NCBI GenBank assembly: GCA_963782915.1
Contig: CAWALK010000019.1
Coordinates: 96,001-160,000, forward strand
Source: an uncultured archaeon
Lineage (GTDB): Archaea; Thermoproteota; Bathyarchaeia; Bathyarchaeales; Bathycorpusculaceae
Reading direction: 5' to 3'
DNA: 64,000 nt
The notes under the pieces are model-generated. The model ran no database searches and had not been told where the DNA came from. It saw only the letters and a list, made by a program, of their open reading frames with translations. Positions 18,159-28,756 of this stretch are shown here, in pieces; within the stretch, counting starts at the first letter, position 1; the number at the start of each line of letters is the position of its first letter. Made by a program: the position numbers and the translations under genes.

Positions 18159-18575
18159 TTGGCAAGCCGCAGCAGCATCTTAGAAACAATCGGCACCCAA
18201 CAGAACCCTCTCCAACAATTCATTTACGTCCGCTATCAAGATCACGTTTTGTATAATCGAAGTTCTGCTCTATTGATGCAGCCGCAGGTTAGAGAAGCTG
18301 TAGGCTGGCTAGTCTATGAAGCCGAGCAGTACATTATACTTTCTTGGGATAGAGATGCTGCTCCGCCGACGCTACATGGTGGCGACCCGAAAGCATCCGG
18401 GTTGGTACTTCTAAAAACGGACATTTTGGACCTGCAGAAGCTAAAAGCTCACTACTTACAACGGAATTTTGAGTTTAATTTAAATCGCAAACCAGCTAAA
18501 CAAGAGAATGAGTCTGCGTTCCGACGACCATCGGAGCGAAAAACTCACTCCTCAAAAGGAGAAAAAACAAAATGA
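18159..18575 (+). CDS. Hypothetical protein coupled to the integrase
   Basis: ORF between the RHH gene and the integrase with ATGA overlap. Confidence 0.65.
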   Translation: MASRSSILETIGTQQNPLQQFIYVRYQDHVLYNRSSALLMQPQVREAVGWLVYEAEQYIILSWDRDAAPPTLHGGDPKASGLVLLKTDILDLQKLKAHYLQRNFEFNLNRKPAKQENESAFRRPSERKTHSSKGEKTK

Positions 18576-20006
18576 TAGAAAAGACTACCATAGCCCCCGC
18601 TATAACCCGCAACCGTCAACTTTCCCTTGAAGAACTAAAAAGCCTCAATCTCCCCATGACATTCCAAGGCGACCAAGTCGTAATCAGCACAAGCTTAACC
18701 GGCTGGAAACTCAAAAAACCCGTAATCATAGAACTAAAAAACATCTTAGATGCCAAAGAAAAAGGCCTCGTCGACTACATCATCAGATCCTGCCTAAACG
18801 ACAGCCCAAGCGTAATTGCCTTCATATTCGAAAACCAGAGCATGCTAAAACTCGCCCGCCACTTCCTACGCCACCTCTCAGGCTCCTACAGAAGCTGCTT
18901 AACCTACTCTGTTAACGTCAAACGATACGCAATTTGGCTTGGCCATAAGCCCGACTTAATTATCCAAGACGTCAAACCAGTCGGCGCAATCCCCGACCCA
19001 ATAAAAGTGCAGAGCCACTGCGGATTCTTAAACGATTATCTTGCTGAGCTCCAGGACAACGACCTCAAACCAGCCGCCGTCAACAACTGCATAAAAGCCG
19101 TCAAAACCTTCTACCACGTAAACGGCATAGACGTCAAACTCTCTGAGCGCCTAAGCCGAAAAGTCGCTTACAAAGACCGAGCACCAAAGCCCGAAGAACT
19201 CACAAAAATGCTTAGATAAATCCGCTGTCCGAGAAGCCTTTATCATAGCCGCTTTAGCCACAGGCTGGATTCCGGGAAGGAACATTCTGTAAACTAAAAT
19301 ACCGACACGTCAAAGAAGACCTAGAAGCCAGACAGAATACCTATACACGTCCACGTAGAAGCAGAAATCACCAAAGGAAAATACCATGACTACGACACCT
19401 TCATCAACACTGAAGCAAGTTCAATCTACTGAAAATGTACATTGCTGACAGAAGACGAGGCAGCATATACACTCCGCCCGAAGAAATCACCGACGACTCA
19501 CCTCTAATCCGAAGCGACCACAATGCACACAAAATATTGGGCATTAGCGAAAAAACCACTGCGTAAAATCGTGCACACAATCGCCGTTGAAGCTGACGTC
19601 TCAAAGAAACTGCCCGACAGCTGGATGTACAGTGTTAGAACCCATAGCCTACGAAAATACTTCAGAACCCAAATGAGCGCCTCAAAAATCGATAGTGAAA
19701 TCATCAAATATTTTATGGGCAAAACCATCGACACCTACGAAGACGTCCAGAGCTTAGGTATTGAAACGCTAAGAAACCTCTACACATCTGCAGGACTAGC
19801 CATTAGACCAAAGACTCAGGTCAATAGGATTGAGCAGTTTAAAGAAATCTTACGTGCCATGGGGAGAGAACCCAGAAGAAGTCCTATCAAAAGATGCTTT
19901 GATGCGGGGAAACATTACTGAGCTCCCAGAACTATACCAGAATCATCAGTTATCTGTTCTGGCTGAGCAGCTTAAGCAGCTGATTAGACGGGAGGTCAGG
20001 GTTTAG
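18572..20006 (+). CDS. Tyrosine recombinase/integrase, several frameshifts
   Basis: SAM-like domain (YLAELQ..LKPAAVNNCIKAVKTFY), catalytic R (FREGT), K (ITKGK), HSLRKYF, FMGK..DTY in successive frames. Confidence 0.88.
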
Positions 20007-20042
20007 TGAACGAAAAAACTGGTAGTTTCTTCGTGTTAGTAA

Positions 20043-20119
20043 TGGCGCCGCCGAAAGGACTCGAACCTTTGACCTACTGATTAACAGTCAGTTGCACTAC
20101 CGGGCTGTGCAACGGCGGC
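20043..20119 (-). tRNA. tRNA-Asn (GTT), CCA encoded
   Basis: Reverse complement GCCGCCGTTGCACAGCCCGGTAGTGCAACTGACTGTTAATCAGTAGGTCAAAGGTTCGAGTCCTTTCGGCGGCGCCA folds as a cloverleaf. Confidence 0.96.
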
Positions 20120-20184
20120 AATCCACCGGTACTACTGCACTTTAGGTTCCACAAAAGTATTTAAGGCTACTTATTCCAACTGCC

Positions 20185-21663
20185 CTATTCTATTTGCCTA
20201 ACCTTACGCTTTGCCATAGCTGAGAAGCCTTTGTAGAATTCTTTCATGATGCGCTGGTACCATTTACCCTGGAAAGACCAATCCAGCAAGTTATCAACCC
20301 AATAGAAGTCATGTTCCGCACATTGAATGAGCAGTTCCTTGTGGCGTTCGCTTAGTTTAGTTTTGGTAAACCAGTCTTCACTGGTTAAATGACCCAGGGG
20401 CACAAAAAACAATGGCACAATTAAACTGCGCATGCCTTTGAGGTCATCGACGAGGTCCATTGTTTTGGTTATGTCTTCTTCTTTCTCGTCGGGTAACCCA
20501 ACGATTAGGGTGCATGCGGGAACCAGCTTATTATCATGCGCCAACCCCATACCATCCACGACAACGTCATGCCATTTATCAGCGCTAAACGGATGCGCCT
20601 TCGCGGGCATGATTTTTTTCGCAATCTCGGATGAACCGGTTTCTATGCCGATTTCCACGCCCCACCAAGTTTGTTTTTGTTGAATAATTTCTGAAAGTTG
20701 ATGGAAAAGTTTAGGGGCGGAAGCGATTGCAGCGAGTGAGCAGTGGCTCCAGCTGATGCTTTCGCATCTTTTCATCACTAATTCATGGAGTTGTAACAGT
20801 TTTTCGTCGTTTGGTATGGTGTTTTTTGAGCCATATAACATGACATCTTCTGAATGAATACACGCGCCTTTTACTCTGCCGGATTCCAAATTTACGGTTA
20901 ATTCACGTTCTATTTTCTCTATTGGATACCATCTTAGCGGGCGTAGTGTGACGTTGCAGAATTGGCAGCCTCGACAGCAGCCTCTTCCAATCTCAAGTAA
21001 ACCGTTGATGGATGGTCCCCTAATGTCGGGGATTTCGTCTAAGCTGGGTACTTCTCCGGCGCCTACTTCATAGTGGCTCGGTAAATCTTGGCCTTCTACT
21101 GCTGCTTTGAAGAGTTTTCCAACAACATTCTCTCCTTCCCCTTCCACAACACAGTCAATGCCCAGGTCTTTGACTGCTTTTTCTCGGTACTGGAATTGCC
21201 ATGCGCCGGGGCCTCCGACGATGATTTTTAAGCCGTTTTGTTTTGCTTTTCGGATTTCGGGGCTTATTAGTAAGTTGTGGAAGTGTTTGGCGAGGTAGGG
21301 TTCTTTTTTGAATAATGACGCGAGTGTGGTTGATGCCGGGCCTAAACCAAACGGGTCCATTGTGTGTATGCCTAGAACTTTGGCGTTTTCAAGGTGATTT
21401 TTTAGCTTTTTTGGGCTTACTGTGTCTACGTTAAATCCTTCTTTTAATAGTTGGGCTTCGGTTTTTCTCAAGCCATAGGGTGCAGTCCATGGTAGCCCAT
21501 TTGTTGTTTTTAGAGGTGGAAAGAACAGGTAGCTAAAGAGCCACTCAGGAATAAAATTGGGTGGCGCGCATGTGCCGAAACCGAGGAACTCGTTTTGATG
21601 GTAATTACTCATTAACGTTCTATCTGCGGTTAAAAGAACCTCTGTATTTTGCTTTCCTTCCAT
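20185..21663 (-). CDS. B12-binding-domain radical SAM protein
   Basis: RGCCRGCQFC (CxxxCxxC), IIVGGPG, VVEGEGE, GIETGS. Confidence 0.9.
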   Translation of the reverse strand: MEGKQNTEVLLTADRTLMSNYHQNEFLGFGTCAPPNFIPEWLFSYLFFPPLKTTNGLPWTAPYGLRKTEAQLLKEGFNVDTVSPKKLKNHLENAKVLGIHTMDPFGLGPASTTLASLFKKEPYLAKHFHNLLISPEIRKAKQNGLKIIVGGPGAWQFQYREKAVKDLGIDCVVEGEGENVVGKLFKAAVEGQDLPSHYEVGAGEVPSLDEIPDIRGPSINGLLEIGRGCCRGCQFCNVTLRPLRWYPIEKIERELTVNLESGRVKGACIHSEDVMLYGSKNTIPNDEKLLQLHELVMKRCESISWSHCSLAAIASAPKLFHQLSEIIQQKQTWWGVEIGIETGSSEIAKKIMPAKAHPFSADKWHDVVVDGMGLAHDNKLVPACTLIVGLPDEKEEDITKTMDLVDDLKGMRSLIVPLFFVPLGHLTSEDWFTKTKLSERHKELLIQCAEHDFYWVDNLLDWSFQGKWYQRIMKEFYKGFSAMAKRKVRQIE

Positions 21664-21941
21664 CAGCCTTTCGCCCTAAAACTTGCCTTTTGAAGTAAAA
21701 TTGAGTCATTGTAAAGATGGATATAACTGTATTGCTCGCTTGCTGAACCCAAAACTTTTTTATGATTCAAAAAACCCCCGCAGAGTCAATCAAATCCCCG
21801 CTCGAGCGCACTTTTGTCAAGTATAAATCCCGTAAATTTTACACTCAAACGGCATGTTTTTGATAATTCACTAGAAAAATGTATATGAAGGGAGTAACAA
21901 TTTTACTTATAACTAACTATACTTAGTGAAGGGACTGCACT

Positions 21942-22505
21942 TTGAAAACTATGGTAGAGTTTAGATGGCATGGTAGAGGCGGACAGGGTGCTTGGACGGC
22001 CAGTGAATTGTTGGCTCGTACGGCCCTTGACGAAGGCAAATACATTCAATCTTTCCCCGAATTCGGGCCTGAGCGAATGGGTGCCCCAGTAACAGCCTTT
22101 ACCCGAATCAGCACTGAACCAATAAGGTTACATTGCGCAATCTATGATCCAGATGTCGTGGTAGTTTTAGATAATACGTTACTAAAATCTGTACCAGTGA
22201 CAAATGGATTAAACCGTGACGAAGACTGTTTAATAATAAATTCAAGCGATGAACCGGCTAAACTCAAGGAAAGCCTTCATGTAGTGAAAGGCAAAGTTTG
22301 GACTGTTCCGGCAACCGAAATCGCCCTAAGAATCCTGGGTGCCCCCATCACAAACACAGCCCTGTTAGGTGTCGTGGCAAAAGCCACTAACATAGTCACC
22401 TTAGAAGGCATTCAAAAAACCCTCAAAGGCAAATTCAGACCCGACCTAGCAGAGAAAAACTTCGCTGTTATCGAAGAAGCATACAAGGAGGCAAAAGTGG
22501 AATGA
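21942..22505 (+). CDS. porC: Pyruvate/2-oxoacid:ferredoxin oxidoreductase gamma subunit
   Basis: FRWHGRGGQGA, FPEFGPERMGAPV. Confidence 0.93.
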   Translation: MKTMVEFRWHGRGGQGAWTASELLARTALDEGKYIQSFPEFGPERMGAPVTAFTRISTEPIRLHCAIYDPDVVVVLDNTLLKSVPVTNGLNRDEDCLIINSSDEPAKLKESLHVVKGKVWTVPATEIALRILGAPITNTALLGVVAKATNIVTLEGIQKTLKGKFRPDLAEKNFAVIEEAYKEAKVE

Positions 22506-22786
22506 GTCGCAAAGAGAAAACTTGGAAAGAAATCTCAATCGCAGGTGTTCCACCTAAATCAAGCATAGGCTTCATGACCGGCGACTGGAAAACTTACATG
22601 CCAATCCGTGACCTAGAAAAATGCACCACCTGCCTAACCTGTGTGATGTTTTGCCCGGAAGGAGCAATCCGTTACCGCCCGGAAGCAGGGAAAATCGAGT
22701 TTGACTTCAGCTTCTGCAAAGGATGCGGAATATGCGCTAACGAATGCCCAACTAAAGCAATAACAATGAAGATGCCCGAGGAATAA
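22502..22786 (+). CDS. porD: Pyruvate/2-oxoacid:ferredoxin oxidoreductase delta subunit
   Basis: TGDWK, two 4Fe-4S motifs CxxCxxCxxxCP. Confidence 0.93.
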   Translation: MSRKEKTWKEISIAGVPPKSSIGFMTGDWKTYMPIRDLEKCTTCLTCVMFCPEGAIRYRPEAGKIEFDFSFCKGCGICANECPTKAITMKMPEE

Positions 22787-22788
22787 GT

Positions 22789-24024
22789 ATGGCTGCACAA
22801 AAAACTAAACAAGAAATTGTTGCTATGAACGGGGACGAAGCAGTCGCGTTTGCAGTTAAACAATGCGACGTTGACGTAGTTGCCGCTTACCCCATTACAC
22901 CACAAACTATCATTGTGGAAAAATTCAGTGAGTATGTTGCCAACGGTGAAGTTCAAACACAGTATGTTTGCACTGAATCTGAACACAGCGCTATGACTGC
23001 TTGTATTGCAGCCGCCGCAACGGGTGCACGAACCTTCACAGCAAGCGCCTCCGCAGGTTTAGCTTTGATGCATGAAATGCTCTTCGTCGCTTCAGGTTCA
23101 CGTGTTCCAATCGTTATGGCAGTAGCAAACCGTGCATTATCTGCGCCGCTGAACATTCATGGTGACCAATCAGACGCTATGGCAGAGCGGGATAGCGGAT
23201 GGATACAAATCTACGCTGAAAACGCTCAAGAAGCCTACGACTCAATCATACAAGCCTTCAAAATCGCCGAAGACCTCAACATCAACTTACCCGTCATAGT
23301 AGGTATCGACGGCTTCACCATCAGCCACACGCTTGAACGCGTTGATGTGCTCTCTGAAGAGGATGTCAGAGGCTATGTCGGTGAACGCATGTATCCATTA
23401 GTGCTTACTCACGAAGGCAAAACAGTGCCCTTCAAACTGGACCCAGCTAACCCAATGACTATGGGACCCAACGCCTTACAGAACTACTACTTCGAATTCA
23501 AACGCCAACAAGAAGAAGGCATGAGAGTTGCCTTAAAGAAGATACAAGAAGTCAACACTGAATACGCTAAACTAAGCGGCAGAAGCTACGGCAACGGCTT
23601 AATCGATGCCTACAAACTCGACGATGCAGAAGTCGCAATCGTTGTTATCGGCTCTACCGCCGGAACCTTAAAGGTCATAGTTGACGAACTTCGCGAAGAA
23701 GGCATCAAAGCGGGTGTTCTTAGAATCCGCTCCTTTAGACCCTTCCCAGCAGAAGACATAAAGAATGCACTCAAAAACGCCAAAGCAGTCGCAGTTATGG
23801 ACAAAAGCATGTGTCCCGGCGGCTTAGGCGCAGCAGTCTACAACGAAGTGCGAAACGCCCTCTATGATGTGAAACAGCGCCCATTAATGGTTAATTACAT
23901 ATTCGGTTTAGGCGGCAGAGACTACAGCCCCCATGAACTACGCAGAATCTACGAAGACCTCCTCAAGATAGCTAAAACAGGGCAAGCTGAGAAACAAATT
24001 AACTATTTAGGATTAAGGGAGTAA
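22789..24024 (+). CDS. porA: Pyruvate/2-oxoacid:ferredoxin oxidoreductase alpha subunit
   Basis: AAYPITPQT, ESEHSAM, NRALSAPLNIH. Confidence 0.95.
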   Translation: MAAQKTKQEIVAMNGDEAVAFAVKQCDVDVVAAYPITPQTIIVEKFSEYVANGEVQTQYVCTESEHSAMTACIAAAATGARTFTASASAGLALMHEMLFVASGSRVPIVMAVANRALSAPLNIHGDQSDAMAERDSGWIQIYAENAQEAYDSIIQAFKIAEDLNINLPVIVGIDGFTISHTLERVDVLSEEDVRGYVGERMYPLVLTHEGKTVPFKLDPANPMTMGPNALQNYYFEFKRQQEEGMRVALKKIQEVNTEYAKLSGRSYGNGLIDAYKLDDAEVAIVVIGSTAGTLKVIVDELREEGIKAGVLRIRSFRPFPAEDIKNALKNAKAVAVMDKSMCPGGLGAAVYNEVRNALYDVKQRPLMVNYIFGLGGRDYSPHELRRIYEDLLKIAKTGQAEKQINYLGLRE

Positions 24025-24030
24025 ACGAAA

Positions 24031-25002
24031 ATGACGACTCAAGAATGGAAATTCACAGCAAAAGACATTGCAGCAAAACCAGACTTATTCATGTCCGGTC
24101 ACCGCGCATGCGCAGGCTGCGGACCAGTATCCGTGCTACGCCTCGTCATGAAAGCCACCCGTGGACCAACCATCGTTACGCAAGCAACAGGCTGCATGGA
24201 AATCGTCGGCTCCATCTATCCCTACACATCCTGGGGCTTACCCTGGCTTCACACCGCTTTCGAGAATGCAGCTGCAAACGCTTCAGGCATCGATGCAGCA
24301 ATAAAAATCATGCGCAAAAAGGGCAAAATAAAAGATGAACACGTCGACATCATCGCCATTGCAGGCGACGGTGGAACATACGACATCGGTTTACAAGCAC
24401 TCTCAGGCGCAGTTGAACGCGGACACGACTTCCTCTTCGTACTCTACGATAACGAAGGTTACATGAACACCGGCATCCAAAGAAGCAGCTCAACCCCAAT
24501 CGGTGCAGCAACAACCACAAGCCCCGCAGGCTCCGTAATACCCGGCAAACTGGAAAAGAAGAAACCCATCACCGAAATCATGCTTGCACACGAAATGGAA
24601 TACGTCGCCACAGCAACACCCTACTACTGGAAAGACCTCCTAACCAAAGTCCGCAAAGGACTCGAAGTTGAAGGTCCAGCGTTTCTGCATGTGTTCGCGC
24701 CATGCCCAAGAGGCTGGAGAAGCGACCCCGCAAAAACCATGGAGTACTCAAAACTCTCAGTTGAAAGCTGCGTCTTCCCAATCTGGGAAGCAGTCAACGG
24801 CAAACGCCAACTATCAACACCAAGCAAAGTCATCTCGCTAGCACCACAGAAAAAGAAACCAGTCAAAGCTTACCTTGAAGGACAAGGCAGATTCCGCCAC
24901 CTCTTCACACCACAGAACCAGCATATCATCGATGAGATTCAGCAGTCAACTGATGCGCGCTGGGCTAAACTGCTCCAGAAATGCGAAACAGGCACAAACT
25001 AA
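24031..25002 (+). CDS. porB: Pyruvate/2-oxoacid:ferredoxin oxidoreductase beta subunit
   Basis: GHRACAGCG, GDGGTYDIG...DNEGYMNTG TPP motif. Confidence 0.95.
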   Translation: MTTQEWKFTAKDIAAKPDLFMSGHRACAGCGPVSVLRLVMKATRGPTIVTQATGCMEIVGSIYPYTSWGLPWLHTAFENAAANASGIDAAIKIMRKKGKIKDEHVDIIAIAGDGGTYDIGLQALSGAVERGHDFLFVLYDNEGYMNTGIQRSSSTPIGAATTTSPAGSVIPGKLEKKKPITEIMLAHEMEYVATATPYYWKDLLTKVRKGLEVEGPAFLHVFAPCPRGWRSDPAKTMEYSKLSVESCVFPIWEAVNGKRQLSTPSKVISLAPQKKKPVKAYLEGQGRFRHLFTPQNQHIIDEIQQSTDARWAKLLQKCETGTN

Positions 25003-25143
25003 ACAACCCCTTTTCCTTTCCCTAAATTTTAGATATCAAATTAGCAAATCTTTTTTTTAATCAGGCTCTTGATAAGTCGCCTCTAAAGAAATGTTTTTAT
25101 CTTTTCAAGCGTTGACCTAGTTAGTAATAGGTCGGATCTTTTT

Positions 25144-27030
25144 TTGCCTAAGTTTTTTGCAATAGTATTGACTGCAATTTTGTTTCTTGGCTTAGTGTTT
25201 GTAGGTGGAGTTGACCTAATAACGGGTCAAAGCGGTTCAGCCGTCGAGGGGATAATTAACAAAGATACAACCTGGACAAAAGAAAGTAGCCCCTGCAACC
25301 TGACTGGGAACGTTCTTATCAACAATGAGGTTACCTTAACTGTTGAAGCAGGTGTTACCGTTAATCTTAATGGTTATTATATTGAAGTAAACGGTAGTTT
25401 CATAGCCAAAGGGACTGGTATTGACCCGATTTTCTTTAAAAACGGTTATGAATCTAATCAGGGTATAATTTTTGATCCAGCAAGCATCAGTTGGAACCAA
25501 AGCACAGGCATTGGATCAATCATTGAAAACGCAGCACTTGATTCTGTAGGAATATTTTGCTATGGTGCGACCCCTAGGATTAACCACAACTTGTTTTACA
25601 ATTCAGGTAATTACATTCAAGCGCAATATGCAATTCTGTTTATAGGACCGTATAGCAAACCCTCTATGGTTATTTCTAACAATACCTTTGTCTCAAACTA
25701 CTCCCAAGCTGCAATAGAAATTAACTCCGCAGGCGTCTCACCCCCAATAATTATAAACAATAATTTCGTCGGTACCAATCGCTATAATGTTCAATCTGGC
25801 TTTGATACACCATTAATTAATGCGACGTACAATTGGTGGGGCTCAACTGATTCACAAGCTATAAACCAGACAATTTTTGATTATAAAAATAATTTCCAAA
25901 TTGGAACAGTTGACTTTGTGCCTTTCCTAACCGTACCAAACTCTCAAGCCCCAACTTATATAATTTCTTCCGCTGGTTACGGAGGTTCTATCGATCCATT
26001 CGGTTATGTTCCAGTAAGTTTTGGCAGCAACAAAACATTCAGCATTACAGCGAACAACGGGTATCGCATACTTGACGTTAAGATAAATGGGACTTCAGTT
26101 GGTATAGTTAGCTCTTATACTTTGCAAAACATTCAGGGAGCAACATCCATCTCCGCTACTTTTATACTCAATCCAACCGTAACACCAATACCTTCGCCAA
26201 CTCCTACCGTAACTCTAACTCCAACCCCAACAGGTACTACAACACCCACTTCTACTCCCAAACCTACAATTCCACCGATTCCAATCCCATCGCCCACAGC
26301 GAAATTGACGCCTTATCTAGAGGTTTCCTGCAAAAGTTCAGCTACTTACTCCCACTTTAAAGTGGACATTAATGGCCTTTTGACCGCAAATGACACAAGC
26401 CTACCCGATTTACCAGTTTTGCTTTCTTATAGTGTTGACGGAGGCAACTCTTGGGAGCCTCTTACACTTGTAAACACAGACAACTATGGCGGGTTTTCAG
26501 CTGAATGGATGCCCTCAGTCACCGGTAATTATTTTCTCAAAGCAGTTTACGCTGGCAATTCAGACTATTCCCAAGTTACAACTATAGTTAACTTTGCAGT
26601 TTTGCCATTTGAAGAGAAAAATGTTTTCTCTATCGCTTCCAACTCAACTGTAACAGCGTTTGTTTTCAACTCAACAAACGAGGAATTAAGCTTCAGGGTT
26701 AGTGGCGAATCAGGGACAACTGGATATGTTAATGTTTTCATTCCGAAATCGCTTCTGAGTGACACTTCGGGCATGAATGTTTACATGGATGATAACAAAT
26801 TGACTCCATCGATTGAGTCTCAAGGCGATCTGTGGCTTGTGTCTTTTACTTATCACCACAGTACCCATCAAGTAACAATAAATATTGGTAATGAACCATC
26901 ACCTCCATTTTTCGATAGCCAACTTGGACAATTAGCCATCGTTGGATTAGCGACGATTGCTATAGCAATTGTTGTAGTTGTAATTGTTCTTAAAAAACGC
27001 AAGGGTGCAGAGACCTACAGAGAGAAGTAG
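25144..27030 (+). CDS. Cell-surface protein: signal peptide, beta-helix, Ig-like repeat, PT linker, C-terminal TM anchor
   Basis: N-terminal hydrophobic segment, INATYNWWG, PT repeats, TM plus KKRK tail. Confidence 0.85.
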   Translation: MPKFFAIVLTAILFLGLVFVGGVDLITGQSGSAVEGIINKDTTWTKESSPCNLTGNVLINNEVTLTVEAGVTVNLNGYYIEVNGSFIAKGTGIDPIFFKNGYESNQGIIFDPASISWNQSTGIGSIIENAALDSVGIFCYGATPRINHNLFYNSGNYIQAQYAILFIGPYSKPSMVISNNTFVSNYSQAAIEINSAGVSPPIIINNNFVGTNRYNVQSGFDTPLINATYNWWGSTDSQAINQTIFDYKNNFQIGTVDFVPFLTVPNSQAPTYIISSAGYGGSIDPFGYVPVSFGSNKTFSITANNGYRILDVKINGTSVGIVSSYTLQNIQGATSISATFILNPTVTPIPSPTPTVTLTPTPTGTTTPTSTPKPTIPPIPIPSPTAKLTPYLEVSCKSSATYSHFKVDINGLLTANDTSLPDLPVLLSYSVDGGNSWEPLTLVNTDNYGGFSAEWMPSVTGNYFLKAVYAGNSDYSQVTTIVNFAVLPFEEKNVFSIASNSTVTAFVFNSTNEELSFRVSGESGTTGYVNVFIPKSLLSDTSGMNVYMDDNKLTPSIESQGDLWLVSFTYHHSTHQVTINIGNEPSPPFFDSQLGQLAIVGLATIAIAIVVVVIVLKKRKGAETYREK

Positions 27031-27119
27031 AACCCCTAAGAGGGAAATTCGGTTGGCGGTTTTCAGAGTAATTAACACTCAGTCTCTTTATAGGCGAATG
27101 GGGTCCTCTGAGAGCAGCA

Positions 27120-27310
27120 GCGGCTTTTCAACTTAGCAGTTTTGCTTGGTTTGTCGGCGTTTGCGGCTCTATCGTATACGAGTGTGGCTTTGTTTGGAGT
27201 TGGAGCTGCGGCGCTGTTGCTGCTTTTCATCGGCATTCACAACGCCTGGGATAGCATAGTTTACCTTGCACTCTTCAGCAAACAGAATAAGAAGACAAAC
27301 GGCGCTGATT
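27120..27310 (+). pseudogene. C-terminal fragment of a membrane protein
   Basis: ...LFGVGAAALLLLFIGIHNAWDSIVYLA... reading frame with no start. Confidence 0.4.
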
Positions 27311-27451
27311 GAATGCAAACTCAATTGCCCATGTCAATACGAAATGAGTTATGTCGAAGATGCATTAGCTCCACTTCAATGGCGGCTTGTGACTTCAAAA
27401 GTAACAAGTTCATGCTTTCACATCCACACCGCGGCGGTTTCAAAATGTTAA

Positions 27452-27673
27452 TCAGAGTAATTCTATAAATTCTTCCTTAGATAGCCCTGTGTCTTTGATG
27501 ATTTTTAGGAGTAAGCCTGAACCTATCTCTTCTCCTGAATGAACTGGGACAACGGTGAGGCGACCATCTGGATGTTTTAGAACCACATGGCTGCCGTGTT
27601 TTCTGGCTATTTCAAAACCCAATTTAGATAGAGCTTTAATTATTTTGGCTGCTGGTTGTGGTCTTAGGCTCAT
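27452..27673 (-). CDS. hicA: HicA family toxin (mRNA interferase)
   Basis: LGF...GSHVVLKHPDGR..VVPVH. Confidence 0.92.
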   Translation of the reverse strand: MSLRPQPAAKIIKALSKLGFEIARKHGSHVVLKHPDGRLTVVPVHSGEEIGSGLLLKIIKDTGLSKEEFIELL

Positions 27674-27886
27674 TTATGCTTGGACCTCTACAAACTGAAC
27701 GCCAACAAGTTCGGTTCGACCAGAGCTTTTTTGTCCTTCTGTGGCTAAGCATGCTTGGATGGCTTCCTTTATTCGTTCCATCACTTTATCAAGCGTTTTT
27801 GCTTGAGTGTGGCAACCGGGCAGTTCAGGAACAGAGGCAACATAGTAGCCCTCTTCGTCTTTCTCAACTACTACACCGAATTTCAC
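27674..27886 (-). CDS. hicB: HicB family antitoxin (short form)
   Basis: YVASVPELPGCHTQAKTLDKVMERIKEAI. Confidence 0.92.
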   Translation of the reverse strand: MKFGVVVEKDEEGYYVASVPELPGCHTQAKTLDKVMERIKEAIQACLATEGQKSSGRTELVGVQFVEVQA

Positions 27887-28234
27887 GATTAATCACCAAG
27901 TCAATATCTTGTATGGTATAGGGTAACTAAACCTTTTCGCAGAATACAATAGGATAGGGCACAAAGAAGGTTCTATAGCATGAAAATAAATGCAAGCAAC
28001 ACATGCTTCCACATCCACATGGGGACGATTTCAACATGGCGCTATGTTGGGCGTGTGGTGTAAATCAGTTATCCCACACCCTAACGGGCGTTGGAAAACG
28101 TTGCACTGACAAAACGGGACTTGCTTCTCAAGCTGTCTTGTGGAAAATTAAAAGTCGCCACACCCACATAAAGAGAAAAAATCAATTAGCCTTTTTATAA
28201 GGGAGGGGTCTGCTGCGAGAGCAACAAAACATGC

Positions 28235-28666
28235 CTAAGTTTTGTGTAGCCAGCCGCGTCCACCCTTCTTAGGTTGCTGACTAACCTTCTTTTCGGGTAG
28301 GTACTCGCTTTGGCGCCTGCTCTTTTGAGGATTAATTTCGGTCTTAACGAATTTAGTCCAGCCACCAACATTAACATCCGGTTGGACAAAGGTTTCTGGA
28401 TTTTCAACTTTATGTTGCTCAAGTATTTCTTTAAAATTGAGGGGCTTGTAATCCCTCGATGCGTGGATGATTGTTCCGCGTTCCACATGAAGAGAATCGT
28501 AGTTGCTGTTGGAGATGTCTTCTGCGCGAACCTTATCGTTTAAGCGTTCGCTCCAAAGCTGTTTCCATTGGACTCTAAGTTCCTCAACCAGCTTCTTTTG
28601 AGCTTGAATTCTGCCTTCGACGGTTTGGTCTGCAGAGTCTTTGGTTGAGTCACCACTAACCTGCAA
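28235..28666 (-). CDS. Hypothetical protein
   Basis: 143-aa ORF with protein-like composition. Confidence 0.7.
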   Translation of the reverse strand: MQVSGDSTKDSADQTVEGRIQAQKKLVEELRVQWKQLWSERLNDKVRAEDISNSNYDSLHVERGTIIHASRDYKPLNFKEILEQHKVENPETFVQPDVNVGGWTKFVKTEINPQKSRRQSEYLPEKKVSQQPKKGGRGWLHKT

Positions 28667-28756
28667 GTTGCCCTCTCTTCCTCTGTCTGCTACACTTATT
28701 TGTGTCGAATATTTAACCTTATTAACGGCAACCGCGAAAAATGCCCTAATGAAGGG

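Larger units (their letters stand above)
1385..20059. mobile_element. Composite integrated element / genomic island at tRNA-Asn
   Basis: Tyrosine recombinase adjacent to the tRNA 3' end, att-like direct repeat, HTH/RHH genes, toxin-antitoxin-like pair, duplicated gene relics and cargo genes. Confidence 0.65.
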
